Shown here one piece after another: positions 48,392 to 58,514 of a DNA stretch of 64,000 nt (position 1 is the first letter of the stretch; each line of letters begins with the position of its first letter). Made by a program: the position numbers and the translations under genes. Source of the stretch: Anthoceros angustus (taxonomy: Eukaryota; Plantae; Anthocerotophyta). Under the pieces are notes generated by a model. That model was not told the origin of the DNA, did not search any database, and saw nothing but the letters and a program-made list of their open reading frames with translations. The DNA lies in contig MU008172.1 of assembly GCA_010909165.1 (NCBI GenBank), positions 248,001 through 312,000 on the forward strand, in the 5' to 3' direction.

Positions 48392-48941
48392 CTACAACTT
48401 CAAATGCGGGGTCCAGGTGCCTTGAATGCTAGGCTTGACTGTGACATGGCGTGTCTTCAACTTCACCACTTTTCGTCCAGTCGAGTTCCTCAACCTAGTT
48501 GCTTGCAGCGCCACCTCCGTCTTGTTCAGATTCCTCAAATCCACCACTCTCTCATTCTTGTTTGCTACACAAAAATAAGGGAAAGAGGTCACATTCGCAT
48601 CCTTGCTGTGAACGCAGAATCTGATGCAGCCGGGCTTTCGTTCAAAGCAAGTTCAAAGATTCACCAAAAAACCCTTGCAGATGAGGATGCCGTCCCCTAC
48701 GCAGCTCCGTGGTGACCTCTAGATGGGGATTCTCAGACACAAATTTGGGGAGGGCGGTTTCTATGAACTCTCTGGAAGGCAGCAGCAGCCAGTTTGACGT
48801 GAGCACAACAGTTTAGCCACCAAATTGCCGCGCGAGAGGAATTCAACTACGACGACGCAAACCTCGTTCCTCGACTGCTGCCAGAGAAGTCACAGAAGTT
48901 CACCACCAGTTTCTTGAGCTGCCAGACTCCTCTGAACGCCA
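48392..48941 (-). CDS. MRPL43: Mitochondrial ribosomal protein mL43 (L51/S25/CI-B8 domain)
   Basis: MAFRGVWQLKKLVVNFCDFSGSSRGTR ... NERVVDLRNLNKTEVALQATRLRNSTGRKVVKLKTRHVTVKPSIQGTW. Confidence 0.92.
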
Positions 48942-49131
48942 TCTGTGTCCGACCTAGAACGACGGTGGTTGCCCATGGAATGTTCCCCTGGCTGCCCTAA
49001 GTGGATGACTCGAATATAAACCAAACGTGCAAATGTGCTAGGTCGACCTTCTCCCCTTAGCTCCACGGACAATTCCACGTCCGGCAATTACCAGAACCAG
49101 CCAGTGATTGCGGGAGCAGAGGAGCCTAGCC

Positions 49132-49721
49132 ATGTTCCGTGTGCGCGCCTCCTCCTTCTGTGTGGGCTTCGCGGTGGCCGCAGCCGGATCCATGTATCTG
49201 TTGCAAAGAGATTTGTGGGCCAGCCATAAGAGCCTCTCGAACCAGGTACCTGGCTTTCTCCACCTTGGGATGCTGCTGCCTGCTCTTTTGTTGTGTCCAT
49301 GGCAGTATGTCGTGTTGGATTGTGAAGGAATTGCGAGGGATTGGCTTACTGGTCCTGTTGGGTCAGCTGCCGTATCATATTGGTGTTGCAGTAGACAACA
49401 CTTGACGGGCAGGCATCGTGTTTTTAGATTGAATCAAGTGCATAAGGGCGCAATATGGCACTGGGAATGAGAGCTCTAACTCGAGAGCGATTCGGGACGG
49501 GCGGTGGCAGGCTGAAGGATATCATGCTGAACTGGAGGGGCGCATAGCCCGATTGGAGAGCATCACCTCCGTCTTAGCTCCGTCGGCAACGCAGCCGAGC
49601 TCTTCTATCAAGGTAATTATGTTTCTGTAATTAAAGCAGGGGTTTGTGTTACGATTGTGCTCGTGAAAAACTCACGGAAGATCTTATGCAGGAGCCGGCA
49701 ACGCCAGCAGATGCTACCTGA
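49132..49721 (+). CDS. Small single-TM, mitochondrial-type protein with a short coiled coil (3 exons)
   Basis: MFRVRASSFCVGFAVAAAGSMYLLQRDLWASHKSLSNQ|AEGYHAELEGRIARLESITS...|EPATPADAT*. It resembles conserved small plant proteins starting MLRVRL.SFF.G. Confidence 0.7.
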
Positions 49722-50092
49722 CGAGCAAGCTTCCTGTGTGTTTCGCAAGTGCACAGGGGCCAAGTTGTGGAACTCATTGTTTTTGCAGTCTCTCCTTAGT
49801 TTGGATTGGGGGATCACCTAAAGTTGATCTGTTCAGCCAGTTCAGTGGGTCACATGTTGTACCATGCAATGTAATCAGAATGGCTGCGTATTGCTTCATT
49901 CATGTCTTTGTCGAACTCTACACTATGTGCCAATCTTTTCAACCTCCCACTCCCCTCTTTAGCACCATGTACCGTGGCTTCCCTCTACTATCTGATCTTA
50001 TGCAGGATTGATTACTCAGCACTGACCATGAGTATGTCTACAACATAGTGTGGAAGAACCCACCTTCCGGCAGTGTAGCCACTGTAACCCCC

Positions 50093-53000
50093 CTACTCAG
50101 GTTTGAATTTCAAGCCATGCAATATTGATACAGCTCTTTGGGCCAAGTGATCATCTTCCTCTCCCCAAGTGCATTCCACAAGGGCGATGAGCTTGTTGGA
50201 ATCCGACCTTCCTGGTAGCTCCAGGCCGGAATCTGATATAGCCTGGGGCGATATACGAATTATTAAAGTTCGCCCACCCCTTACGGAGTCGATTTGCTCC
50301 ATGACCTGCTGGCCTAACCACTTGGCAAGGGCCAGATATACACCACGCAAGATCGACGACGACGATATTTCTGGGCTGTCGCTTAACCTGGGGCTGCAGT
50401 CCATGAGAGTCAAATCCGGAACCACGTTGATATCCAGATCTATCCTTACATTTGAGGAGCTTCCTCGACTGTGTGCTGCGCCCAAACTACCAGGCCGTTG
50501 GTCACTCTGTTCCGAAGGGGCCCTCTCCAGGTCTAAGCATATCTCATCTCCCTCCTCAGCTTCGGGCAATCGCTCTAGGTCAAGGCTTAGCACTCTCTGT
50601 AGATTCTTTTTGGACCTTTTCTGTTCTGGTTCCGGAGTTGCCTCTTTATCCAACGATTGCTTCTGTGTTGTCGTAGAAGGTTCATACAGCCTGCGAGGAA
50701 ACTCAGAAGCTTCCATCGGTCTATCCACGACCGGCAATTGTTCGTCCACTTCTGTCTCATTTTCACGACACAGATAGATTGGGCAAAGAGAACTGTAGCG
50801 CAGCTTGTGTTGTTCCAACCCCAAAGCACCTGCTACTTCCGTTGGGTGTAACACCTGTTTCCCTGAGTTGGAATCACTCACCAGTAGCCCTTCCACTGTT
50901 ATCTTATTCTGAACAGGTGGCAAGATCTCCGACTGCTCTCTTTCTGTCTTCCCAGATTCAGGCAATGACCCATATATGTTCTGGTGGGCAGAAACAGGAG
51001 GCGCAGCGGCTTCCAACAAAAACTGCTTCGATATGCTGACCTTAATAGAGTTGCGAGGCGGTACGTTGATCGTCTCGTGGTTGGCAGGGTCATAGCACGG
51101 GATGTTCAACTCCGTAATAATGCGGCCTTTCAGTGACCCCATTTTCGGCTTCTCACCATGAACAAGAACCACGTGTCTTGGAGCCACATGCTTTACCAAA
51201 TCCATAATGCCTTTAGCATCAGTGTGGGCACTAAAGGACAGATGATTCACCTGATATTCAGACAAAACACACATAAGTCCAGCTTTTCAACTCCCTGTGA
51301 AACCGATCAGAGAGTGCATCTGTCATACCTGACAACGGACATCTAACTGAGTTCGCTTGTCCAGGTCAATTCTTGTTGGTTTCCCAGACATCAACTTATA
51401 TCCCACTGTCCCAGCGACACAAAACCTGCATGTTTGCACGGCAGAAGACAGCAGTTATTCAGAAAAGTTCCACTGTAGAGAACAACCGAGTCAATGAGCT
51501 GCGGAATTGCGTAAGTGGTCATGAGGTGAGAGAGAAACCCAGGTAGTATAATCATGTTAAGCTCTGATGGTGCCCAATGCTTAAATACTTCTAGTGAAAG
51601 TCCACCACTGAGCATGCCAGGGGTTGCAAACAAAACACATGGCCCTGGGGCATCTATTTGGGATCGTTCAAATGGTGAAACTGAAATTCACAAGTAAATG
51701 GTATAGGATCAGCATCGGAATAACATGTGGGTAACATATTAAAGAGCCATAGAAAACCTACCATGTTTGAAGTCGAAAGTATTTCTCGTCACGTACGTGT
51801 CCTTCACCTTTTGGTTCGTCCAGCTTATCAAGAGCTTGTAGTAAACATTGGCTTGCATTGTCAGTCCTGCACGTCCTCTCATAAGGGAAACTGCTTGACA
51901 TACTATCTCCGGCATAGGTGATGACAGGTAAGAAAAACAGGTTACTGTTACCTGCCGAGAAGTAGATAGGAGCTTTGAGATTGGTGCGTTCCCAATATTC
52001 ATCCAACAGTATACAGAGCTCCTGTCAACAAGGACAATCATAATACTAAGCTGGATTCAAGATATTCCGTCAAAATCAACATATGTGCAAATATCAGAAA
52101 CAAGTTGCTGACCTGAGCTCTCCCAAGAGCAAATACAGGAATAAGGACTTTGCCACCAGCACCGATGCAACTATGGACCTGCCCTATTGCACTGAAAGTT
52201 AGTAGTGTCATACATAGCCTCTGTAACCACATTCTGATGGACAAATATGCCACACATAAGCAAATGCAGCTTGTCTTCAAACTAACCGCTTTTAGAAAGT
52301 CTCTTTCACGAGCAAGCTTTGAGTCACGTATTGTTGTAGCGTATGTGGATCTGAAAGCCATAAGATGTTCAAGTCCTCCATTTTGAAACAAAAAGTGAAT
52401 GAAGAACATTTTCAGAATGCACGTGCTATTCGCAACAGAGGTTGCTCATTGCATAGTTAAGAGAATACAAACTCAGTGATGAGAAGATCTGGCCTCAGCC
52501 GATCAATCTGAGCAGCTCCTAGATGGCGGTCAGGTGTCATGTTGTAGTCTCCTGTGTAGACAACTGTCTCATCTCCTGCCCTGACATAGAACATGGCAGC
52601 TCCCAGAACCTGATCACGGCAGAGATTGACGTTGGAAGTTATCTGAATGTACTAACACTTTCCAGAAGTGATAAAACTCAGCTAATTCAAGACTGCACAC
52701 CCTTACATGCCCAGCATAATAACCTCGAAGCTCAAAACCTTCATCGATGGTGACTGTCTGCCTCAAATCCACAGGAATAACTGGAGACGGACAACAACCC
52801 GATTCTGGCTTAAGGATCTTGGAAGTATTTTTCTTCGTGTGGACAATGCAAGAGAAGTAACGCACCAACACAAGAGAACGGAAACAGGAATTATGGAAAA
52901 TCAGGCACCTTTCTTGATGCACTGCTGAATTTGGAAAGCACTAAATTGTTCCTGTTCCCCTTTCCTGTCGACCATGACCTTCCTGTAATCCTCAAGCATC

Positions 53001-53621
53001 AAAGGTGCCAACGCTTTTGTGGGATACTGCAACCAGGCGGGATTCGGTATGGTGGATCAAGAGCATGGTTCCACAGGTTCTGATCAGCATTCAGGTAACT
53101 GGAGGCAGCACATACAGTCATGTAGATAGGACCTTCATATCCACAAACTTCGGTGAAATAAGGGAGAGCTCCAATGTGATCCAAATGGCTGTCCACAGAA
53201 CAATAGGTTCAGAATTCGAACTCCAACATGTACTTCAAGAACCAAAAGACGTAGTTGCTAGCAGGTGATATTTTCTGTGAGGGCGGCCAGCTGAGCAAAG
53301 AGAATTACAAGTGAGTCACTATGACGCAGTCGATGGCTTGGGTGTAATTGCCACTTTTCGTGATCATTGAGAAGTCAGGATATCGCCTTTCATCTTGGTA
53401 GCCCATGTGCACTCCACAGTCAAACATAACCGTCTTACCCCCAAGGTTGACTATCACGCAACTCTTTCCAACATCCTGGCCAGCACCTGTCCGGAGCAAC
53501 AAATTGTAAGGTACCGATCAATGCAACCCCCTATTCCCGCAGCTTTCAATCACCTGCAAGTGATTCCCCATTCCGAAATCACACAAACCAAATTACCAAG
53601 AGGAGTACACTTGATCGGCAT
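50093..53621 (-). CDS. CPSF73-II: CPSF73-II / Integrator subunit 11 metallo-beta-lactamase/beta-CASP endonuclease
   Basis: MPIKCTPL|[84 protein letters not shown]. Confidence 0.95.
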
Positions 53622-54093
53622 CGTGCCTTGAAACCAGCTGCTGCCGAACACGGGTTTAATTGGCCCTGGTATACAAAACACGCCAGGGTTTAGGGTTTAT
53701 CTTGTGTATTAACCAAGCGTGGTAGGAGGAGTAGAGGTTCCTGATCGGCATCGCATTCCGAAGGAGGCGCAGGTGAGGCCTCCAAACCCTAGGGCGACGC
53801 TACTTGGTTGCTGGTTTCGATCTCCCCAACGTTTGAGCTGAAATTGTGAGTATGACATGTAGGTGCCTGGTCTGACTGCGATTTGATCGTTACCTGTCCA
53901 ATTGTCTGTCAATCTGCCATCTTCGCAGCCTGTATTTGCAAGGCTTTGGAAACGTCATTTCTGAGGCTTGATGTTTGATTGATGATGCAGGGCAATCCTG
54001 GACTGGCTGAAATTCAGACGGGATTCTAATGCATCGGATGTGGTGATTGGCGACGAAGGTCTCGTCTCTTCTCAGGGGGCCATCAAAGAAATT

Positions 54094-54927
54094 ATGTCTG
54101 GAGACGTTGAGCAGGAAGAACCTGCTTCTTCTCCAGTGGTTGCCCCTGAAGTGGAGTCGTCACCTGAGCAGAGCTCTTCCACAGCAGATGATAACACAGA
54201 TATCGTAAGGCTTGAAGCAGGGCATCGAAGTGGCACGCCTGGCGAGGAAGCAGAAGCAAGGCTGGATAGCACCGCTGAGCATGAGCGGAAAGGATCGACT
54301 GAGTCAGGTGGCGCTGAGGATGCAAAAAACGCATCTGGGGGGAGCCCTGAGAAAGAAGCTGGAAGCACAGATGATGACACAGATATCGTAAGGCTTGAAG
54401 CAGCGCATCGAAGTGGCAAGCCTAGCGAGGAAGCAGAAGCAAGGCCGAGTAACACCGCTGAGCATGAGCGGAAAGGATCGACTGAGTCAGGCGACGCTGA
54501 ACATGCAGAAAACGCATCTGGGGGGAGCCCTGAGAAGGAAGCTGAAAGCACAGATGGTCCAGCGGAGAGCAACAAGGAAAACGATTGCGGATTTTGCGTG
54601 TTTATGAAATCAGGTCCTTGTGGTAAACGCTTCTCTCGTTGGGAAGACTGCGTGGAGGGCGCGGAGAAGACCGGGGATAACATCGTGGAGAAATGTTGGC
54701 AGATGACGCAAACGCTCAGGCAGTGTATGGAGGTTAATCCCGACTACTACGGCCCTGTGTTGCAGGCTGAAAAATCATTGCAAGAGGAGGTTGCTGCAGA
54801 GGTCGAAGCTACGGTAAAACAAGAGACTCAGAACGTAGAGACCGAGGGTTCGCCAAAAGAACGGAGGGAGAGCCGGGTCAGAGAGGAGGAGGAAGAGATG
54901 GAGGAGGAGCAGCAATACGCCGCCTAA
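54094..54927 (+). CDS. GCK-domain (twin-Cys, Mia40-like) protein with an acidic repeated N-terminus
   Basis: ENDCGFCVFMKSGPCGKRFSRWEDCVE...VEKCWQMTQTLRQCMEVNPDYYGPVLQAEK. Confidence 0.85.
   Translation: MSGDVEQEEPASSPVVAPEVESSPEQSSSTADDNTDIVRLEAGHRSGTPGEEAEARLDSTAEHERKGSTESGGAEDAKNASGGSPEKEAGSTDDDTDIVRLEAAHRSGKPSEEAEARPSNTAEHERKGSTESGDAEHAENASGGSPEKEAESTDGPAESNKENDCGFCVFMKSGPCGKRFSRWEDCVEGAEKTGDNIVEKCWQMTQTLRQCMEVNPDYYGPVLQAEKSLQEEVAAEVEATVKQETQNVETEGSPKERRESRVREEEEEMEEEQQYAA
54185..54556 (+). repeat. 183-bp (61-aa) in-frame tandem duplication
   Basis: GATATCGTAAGGCTTGAAGCAG occurs at 54199 and 54382; DIVRLEA.HRSG.P.EEAEAR...AEHERKGSTESG...NASGGSPEKEA appears twice. Confidence 0.95.
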
Positions 54928-55590
54928 CATCTTGGCCTTCGGCGCAGGTTCTTGACCATCCTCTGCAGATGGTCCACCGTGAAAGCCAATTGTGCGACGC
55001 ACCAGGGCATGGTCTTGTTTGTTTGGTCGTCCAAAGTGTAGGAAGTAACAACTCATTGCGAATCGGATCGAGACAATTGTGAAACACCGAGTGAGTGACT
55101 GAGGGATGCATGATTTTGTAGTAACGGCGCTGTTCATACGTATGTTGAGTTTCTCTGAAATTGAGGATCCCGAAGGGCCGCCCATCTGTTGATTCCATCG
55201 TCCGAATCCTGGTCTGTTGTTAATGCCACACCTAATCCTATGTGTAGTATTGGAATGCAGTACTCCTATCTTAAATTAAGATAGTTATATGATACTATGA
55301 ATCATATTTGCTTTCTTTCTATTTAAAACGAGGAAGAGATGGTGTCGCCTCCTTCAGCATCCAGCTACCCGGTCGGTCGACTCATGAGATCACTCGCCTG
55401 AGAAAGCACGGTGTTCCGACCTGAGCTCGGATATCACGGCCGTTCGATAATGGCAGCTTTAAGACGAGGCCCAGAATACCCTCTTGAAGGTGCTAGGCAG
55501 GAAATCGCCATTGGGCCTCAGAGTAAAACCTAAAGCTGTAACTTGAGCCTAGTTCTGACTAAGGTCTCGGATACACTTGGCAAGCAAGTG

Positions 55591-58368
55591 TCAATGACGA
55601 TCACCGCAAGAGCAAATACCATCCAGGAAGCGGTGCACGCGGTGTGCGTCCCTAACTATGATTTCCCGCTTCTCGAGACGTGACATGACTTTGGTGCTGC
55701 TGTGACAGTCATTGCACATACGAAGATTTTTGGTAACTAAAAGAGTTGTACCATCCGATGTATTCAGAAGACCATACGCCAATGCAAGTTTCTCCGCATG
55801 CCCACACAGTGCATCTTCCTTTCCTGTCTCAGACATACGCTTCAGTACCAGCTCCGTTTGTGGGACATGGCCTCCATCCTTGACCTGTGAATTCATGATT
55901 CTCAACTTTGCTGAGAGATCACCCCTGCTTTCTCCTACTGTGAACTCGTGCACCTTACTCTCCACTTCGATGCACGCCTTTGCAGGCTTCTTCCAAGCAC
56001 CTGCACACTTTCTCAAGCTTTCTATTCTATCTACATCCCCCCACCTGCCAGCGTTTGCGTAAAGATAACCCATCATGGCATACGCAGACGCACTTTCAGG
56101 TTCCAGAGTGACAAGGAGGTTAAAACATCGCTCGCCGCGCTCCACATCTCCGTGGTTTTTGACTGCACTCAGCAAAGATGTCCACCCCACAAGAGAATTC
56201 TTGTGTGGCATAGTTTGCAGCAAACTTTCTGCCTCTTCTAGGTGGCCTGACCTTGCGAAGAGATCAACCATGCAATTGTAATGATGATCAGTGGGAACAA
56301 CACCATGCTCCTCCATCATCCTGAAATACTTCACGCCTTCCTTCACTAGGCCTTCATGACTGCATGCTACAAGAAGAGAAATGAAGGTAGCGCCATTGGG
56401 TGTCACACCTTGCAGCAGCATCCGCTCAAAGCACTGCACTGCCATGCAGGCATTAGTATGCTGGGCATATCCATTGAGCAAAGCAGTCCATGTTACCACA
56501 TCTTTTGTGGGCTGTCGGATGAACACATTCCAAGCCTCCTCTAAGCTCCCACATTTCACATACATGTCAACAAGGGCGTTAGCGACAACCACGTTGACTT
56601 CAAGCCCTTTATCCTTTATCTGCGCATGCAGCTGCTTACCCTGATTAAAAGCTCCGACACTGGCACATGCTTGCAGGAGGCAAACAAATGTGATATGATT
56701 GCCTGGACTTACTCCCTCCTGCTGCATTTCGGCATACAGATTGAGGGCTCTTTGAGCGAGCCCTTCCTGAGCATATGCTGAAAGCATGGCTGTCCACGTC
56801 ACCACATCCCTGATTGGCAGATTCTCAAATACCCTTTGAGCATCCTCTGGGCTTCCACATTTTGCATACATGTCAATGAGTGCATTCCCAACAACTAGAT
56901 ATGTTTCAAGTCCCCTGTCTTGAATTTGTGAATGAATACGCTTCCCCTGATGCAAAGCCCCAAGGCTTCCACATGCTTGCAAGAGGCAGATAAATGTAAC
57001 CTGATCGGCTACAGTTGTCAACTCCTCTTCCAAGCAGGCGTAGAGGGTTAATGCTTCTTGACCAAATCCATGCTGTGCATATCCTGCAATCATCGTGTTC
57101 CAAGTCACCACATCCCTCTTTGGCAACATGTCAAACGCTCTGCGAGCATCCTCTAAGCTTCCGCATTTCGCGTACATGTCCACCAGGCAGTTGGCAACAA
57201 CCATGTTGATTTCCAGTCCTCTTTCCTGAATCTGTGCATGCAGATGCTTCCCCTGCTGCAAAGCCCCGGTGCTGGCACAAGCTTTCAGTAAGCACAAGAA
57301 TGTAACATGGTCGGCAGGAGCCATCCCTTCCTGTTCCATACGAGCATACAGGCCAAGGGCTTCCTGGCAGAGGCCATGCTGAGAAAATCCTGCAATCATG
57401 GCAGTCCACGTGACCACATTTTTTGTGCACAAAGAGTCAAACACTCTGCGAGCATCCTCTAAGCTCCCGCATTTTGCATACATGTCAACCAGGCTGCTGC
57501 CAACAAACACATCAATCGTCTCAGGTCCACTCCTCAGAATATCCGTATGAACCTCCTTCCCAGACTCCAAATCCATTGCAATAGCGCAGGCCTTGAGAAC
57601 AGCCACAAACACATAGCTGTTTGGCTTCACACTCGACTGCCGCATCTGTTGATATAGGTGCACAGCCTGCGCAGGCTGTCCATGTGCAGCATGTGCTGAT
57701 ATGATGGAACACCAGATGAAAGTCTGGGGTGAAGTTACTTTCCTGAACACCTGCATTGCTTCCTGCAGTCTTCCATGAGACGCATACATCCGAACAATAT
57801 GGTTGGCCAAAAAGCCATTTCCATCGCACCCGCCTTTCACAGCAAGATCATGTACACGCCTTCCAAGAATGAGATCACTACGTGCAATGCATCTCTTGAG
57901 CACGAGATAAAAGAGGGAGACACCCACAGAAGATTCTTGCTCCAACAGGATGTCCAAAGCTGCCACAGCCTCAGCTAACTGCCCCTCCTTGCACACTCGG
58001 CGCAACGCTTCAACCTCTCTAATCCCCCTATCTTCAGTTGGGAGATGCCAATTCCACACAGCCACCTCTGAATCAACCCAAGCAGACCTGTGGTCGAGCC
58101 ATAGTCCCTGCTCAGACCTCTTGTGCCTGAAGTCAGGATGCAGCGGAGTTGTCTTCCCTTGCCTAAGGTCCCGCCAATGTGTTGGATGTGTGACCAAATC
58201 TTTCCACGAGAGCGTTTGCTGCTTTGTACTTGCATTAGACAAGAAGTATCTGTTGGGTGATGGGCAACTGCAGGGGAAGGATCCATAGGATACGGAGTTA
58301 TCATTCGGACCTAGCTTGTTGAGCACTTGGGATGATACAAAATTCGACTGCAAAACATCATGCTTCAT
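55591..58368 (-). CDS. PLS-class PPR protein with E1-E2 and a DYW:KP/'DRH'-type deaminase-like domain (candidate U-to-C RNA editing factor)
   Basis: 17 P/L/S motifs ending P2-L2-S2, E1, E2; WKKPAKACIE replaces the PG box; HAEKLA, CNDCH; ends CSCGDRH. Intronless; first ATG at 58368, frame open to 58416. Confidence 0.93.
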   Translation of the reverse strand: MKHDVLQSNFVSSQVLNKLGPNDNSVSYGSFPCSCPSPNRYFLSNASTKQQTLSWKDLVTHPTHWRDLRQGKTTPLHPDFRHKRSEQGLWLDHRSAWVDSEVAVWNWHLPTEDRGIREVEALRRVCKEGQLAEAVAALDILLEQESSVGVSLFYLVLKRCIARSDLILGRRVHDLAVKGGCDGNGFLANHIVRMYASHGRLQEAMQVFRKVTSPQTFIWCSIISAHAAHGQPAQAVHLYQQMRQSSVKPNSYVFVAVLKACAIAMDLESGKEVHTDILRSGPETIDVFVGSSLVDMYAKCGSLEDARRVFDSLCTKNVVTWTAMIAGFSQHGLCQEALGLYARMEQEGMAPADHVTFLCLLKACASTGALQQGKHLHAQIQERGLEINMVVANCLVDMYAKCGSLEDARRAFDMLPKRDVVTWNTMIAGYAQHGFGQEALTLYACLEEELTTVADQVTFICLLQACGSLGALHQGKRIHSQIQDRGLETYLVVGNALIDMYAKCGSPEDAQRVFENLPIRDVVTWTAMLSAYAQEGLAQRALNLYAEMQQEGVSPGNHITFVCLLQACASVGAFNQGKQLHAQIKDKGLEVNVVVANALVDMYVKCGSLEEAWNVFIRQPTKDVVTWTALLNGYAQHTNACMAVQCFERMLLQGVTPNGATFISLLVACSHEGLVKEGVKYFRMMEEHGVVPTDHHYNCMVDLFARSGHLEEAESLLQTMPHKNSLVGWTSLLSAVKNHGDVERGERCFNLLVTLEPESASAYAMMGYLYANAGRWGDVDRIESLRKCAGAWKKPAKACIEVESKVHEFTVGESRGDLSAKLRIMNSQVKDGGHVPQTELVLKRMSETGKEDALCGHAEKLALAYGLLNTSDGTTLLVTKNLRMCNDCHSSTKVMSRLEKREIIVRDAHRVHRFLDGICSCGDRH

Positions 58369-58514
58369 CCCCGATTTTCCGCCACTGGACCTGCCACTTC
58401 GGTGTTCCGTCCTCAAGCTTCGACAGACTTCTTTCCTTTAAAAGGTTGAGGCGCCCTAATCACATCTCTGGTCAACTTCTGGATATCTCGTAGCTGCCCG
58501 CAGCTGTCTCTCCA

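Noticed and set aside
11902-53621. Functional cluster of snRNA/snRNP genes (SmE, SmD1, CPSF73-II/INTS11) or of growth genes (RAPTOR, RPL27a, Pol5, ThrRS)
   Set aside because: They are interspersed with unrelated genes over tens of kb; chance co-occurrence in a housekeeping-dense region is sufficient.
55430-55447. GATATCACGGCCGTTCGA resembling part of plant RNase MRP RNA
   Set aside because: The conserved P4 elements (GAAAGUCCCC and the 3' GGGGCUUA motif) are absent; a chance match.
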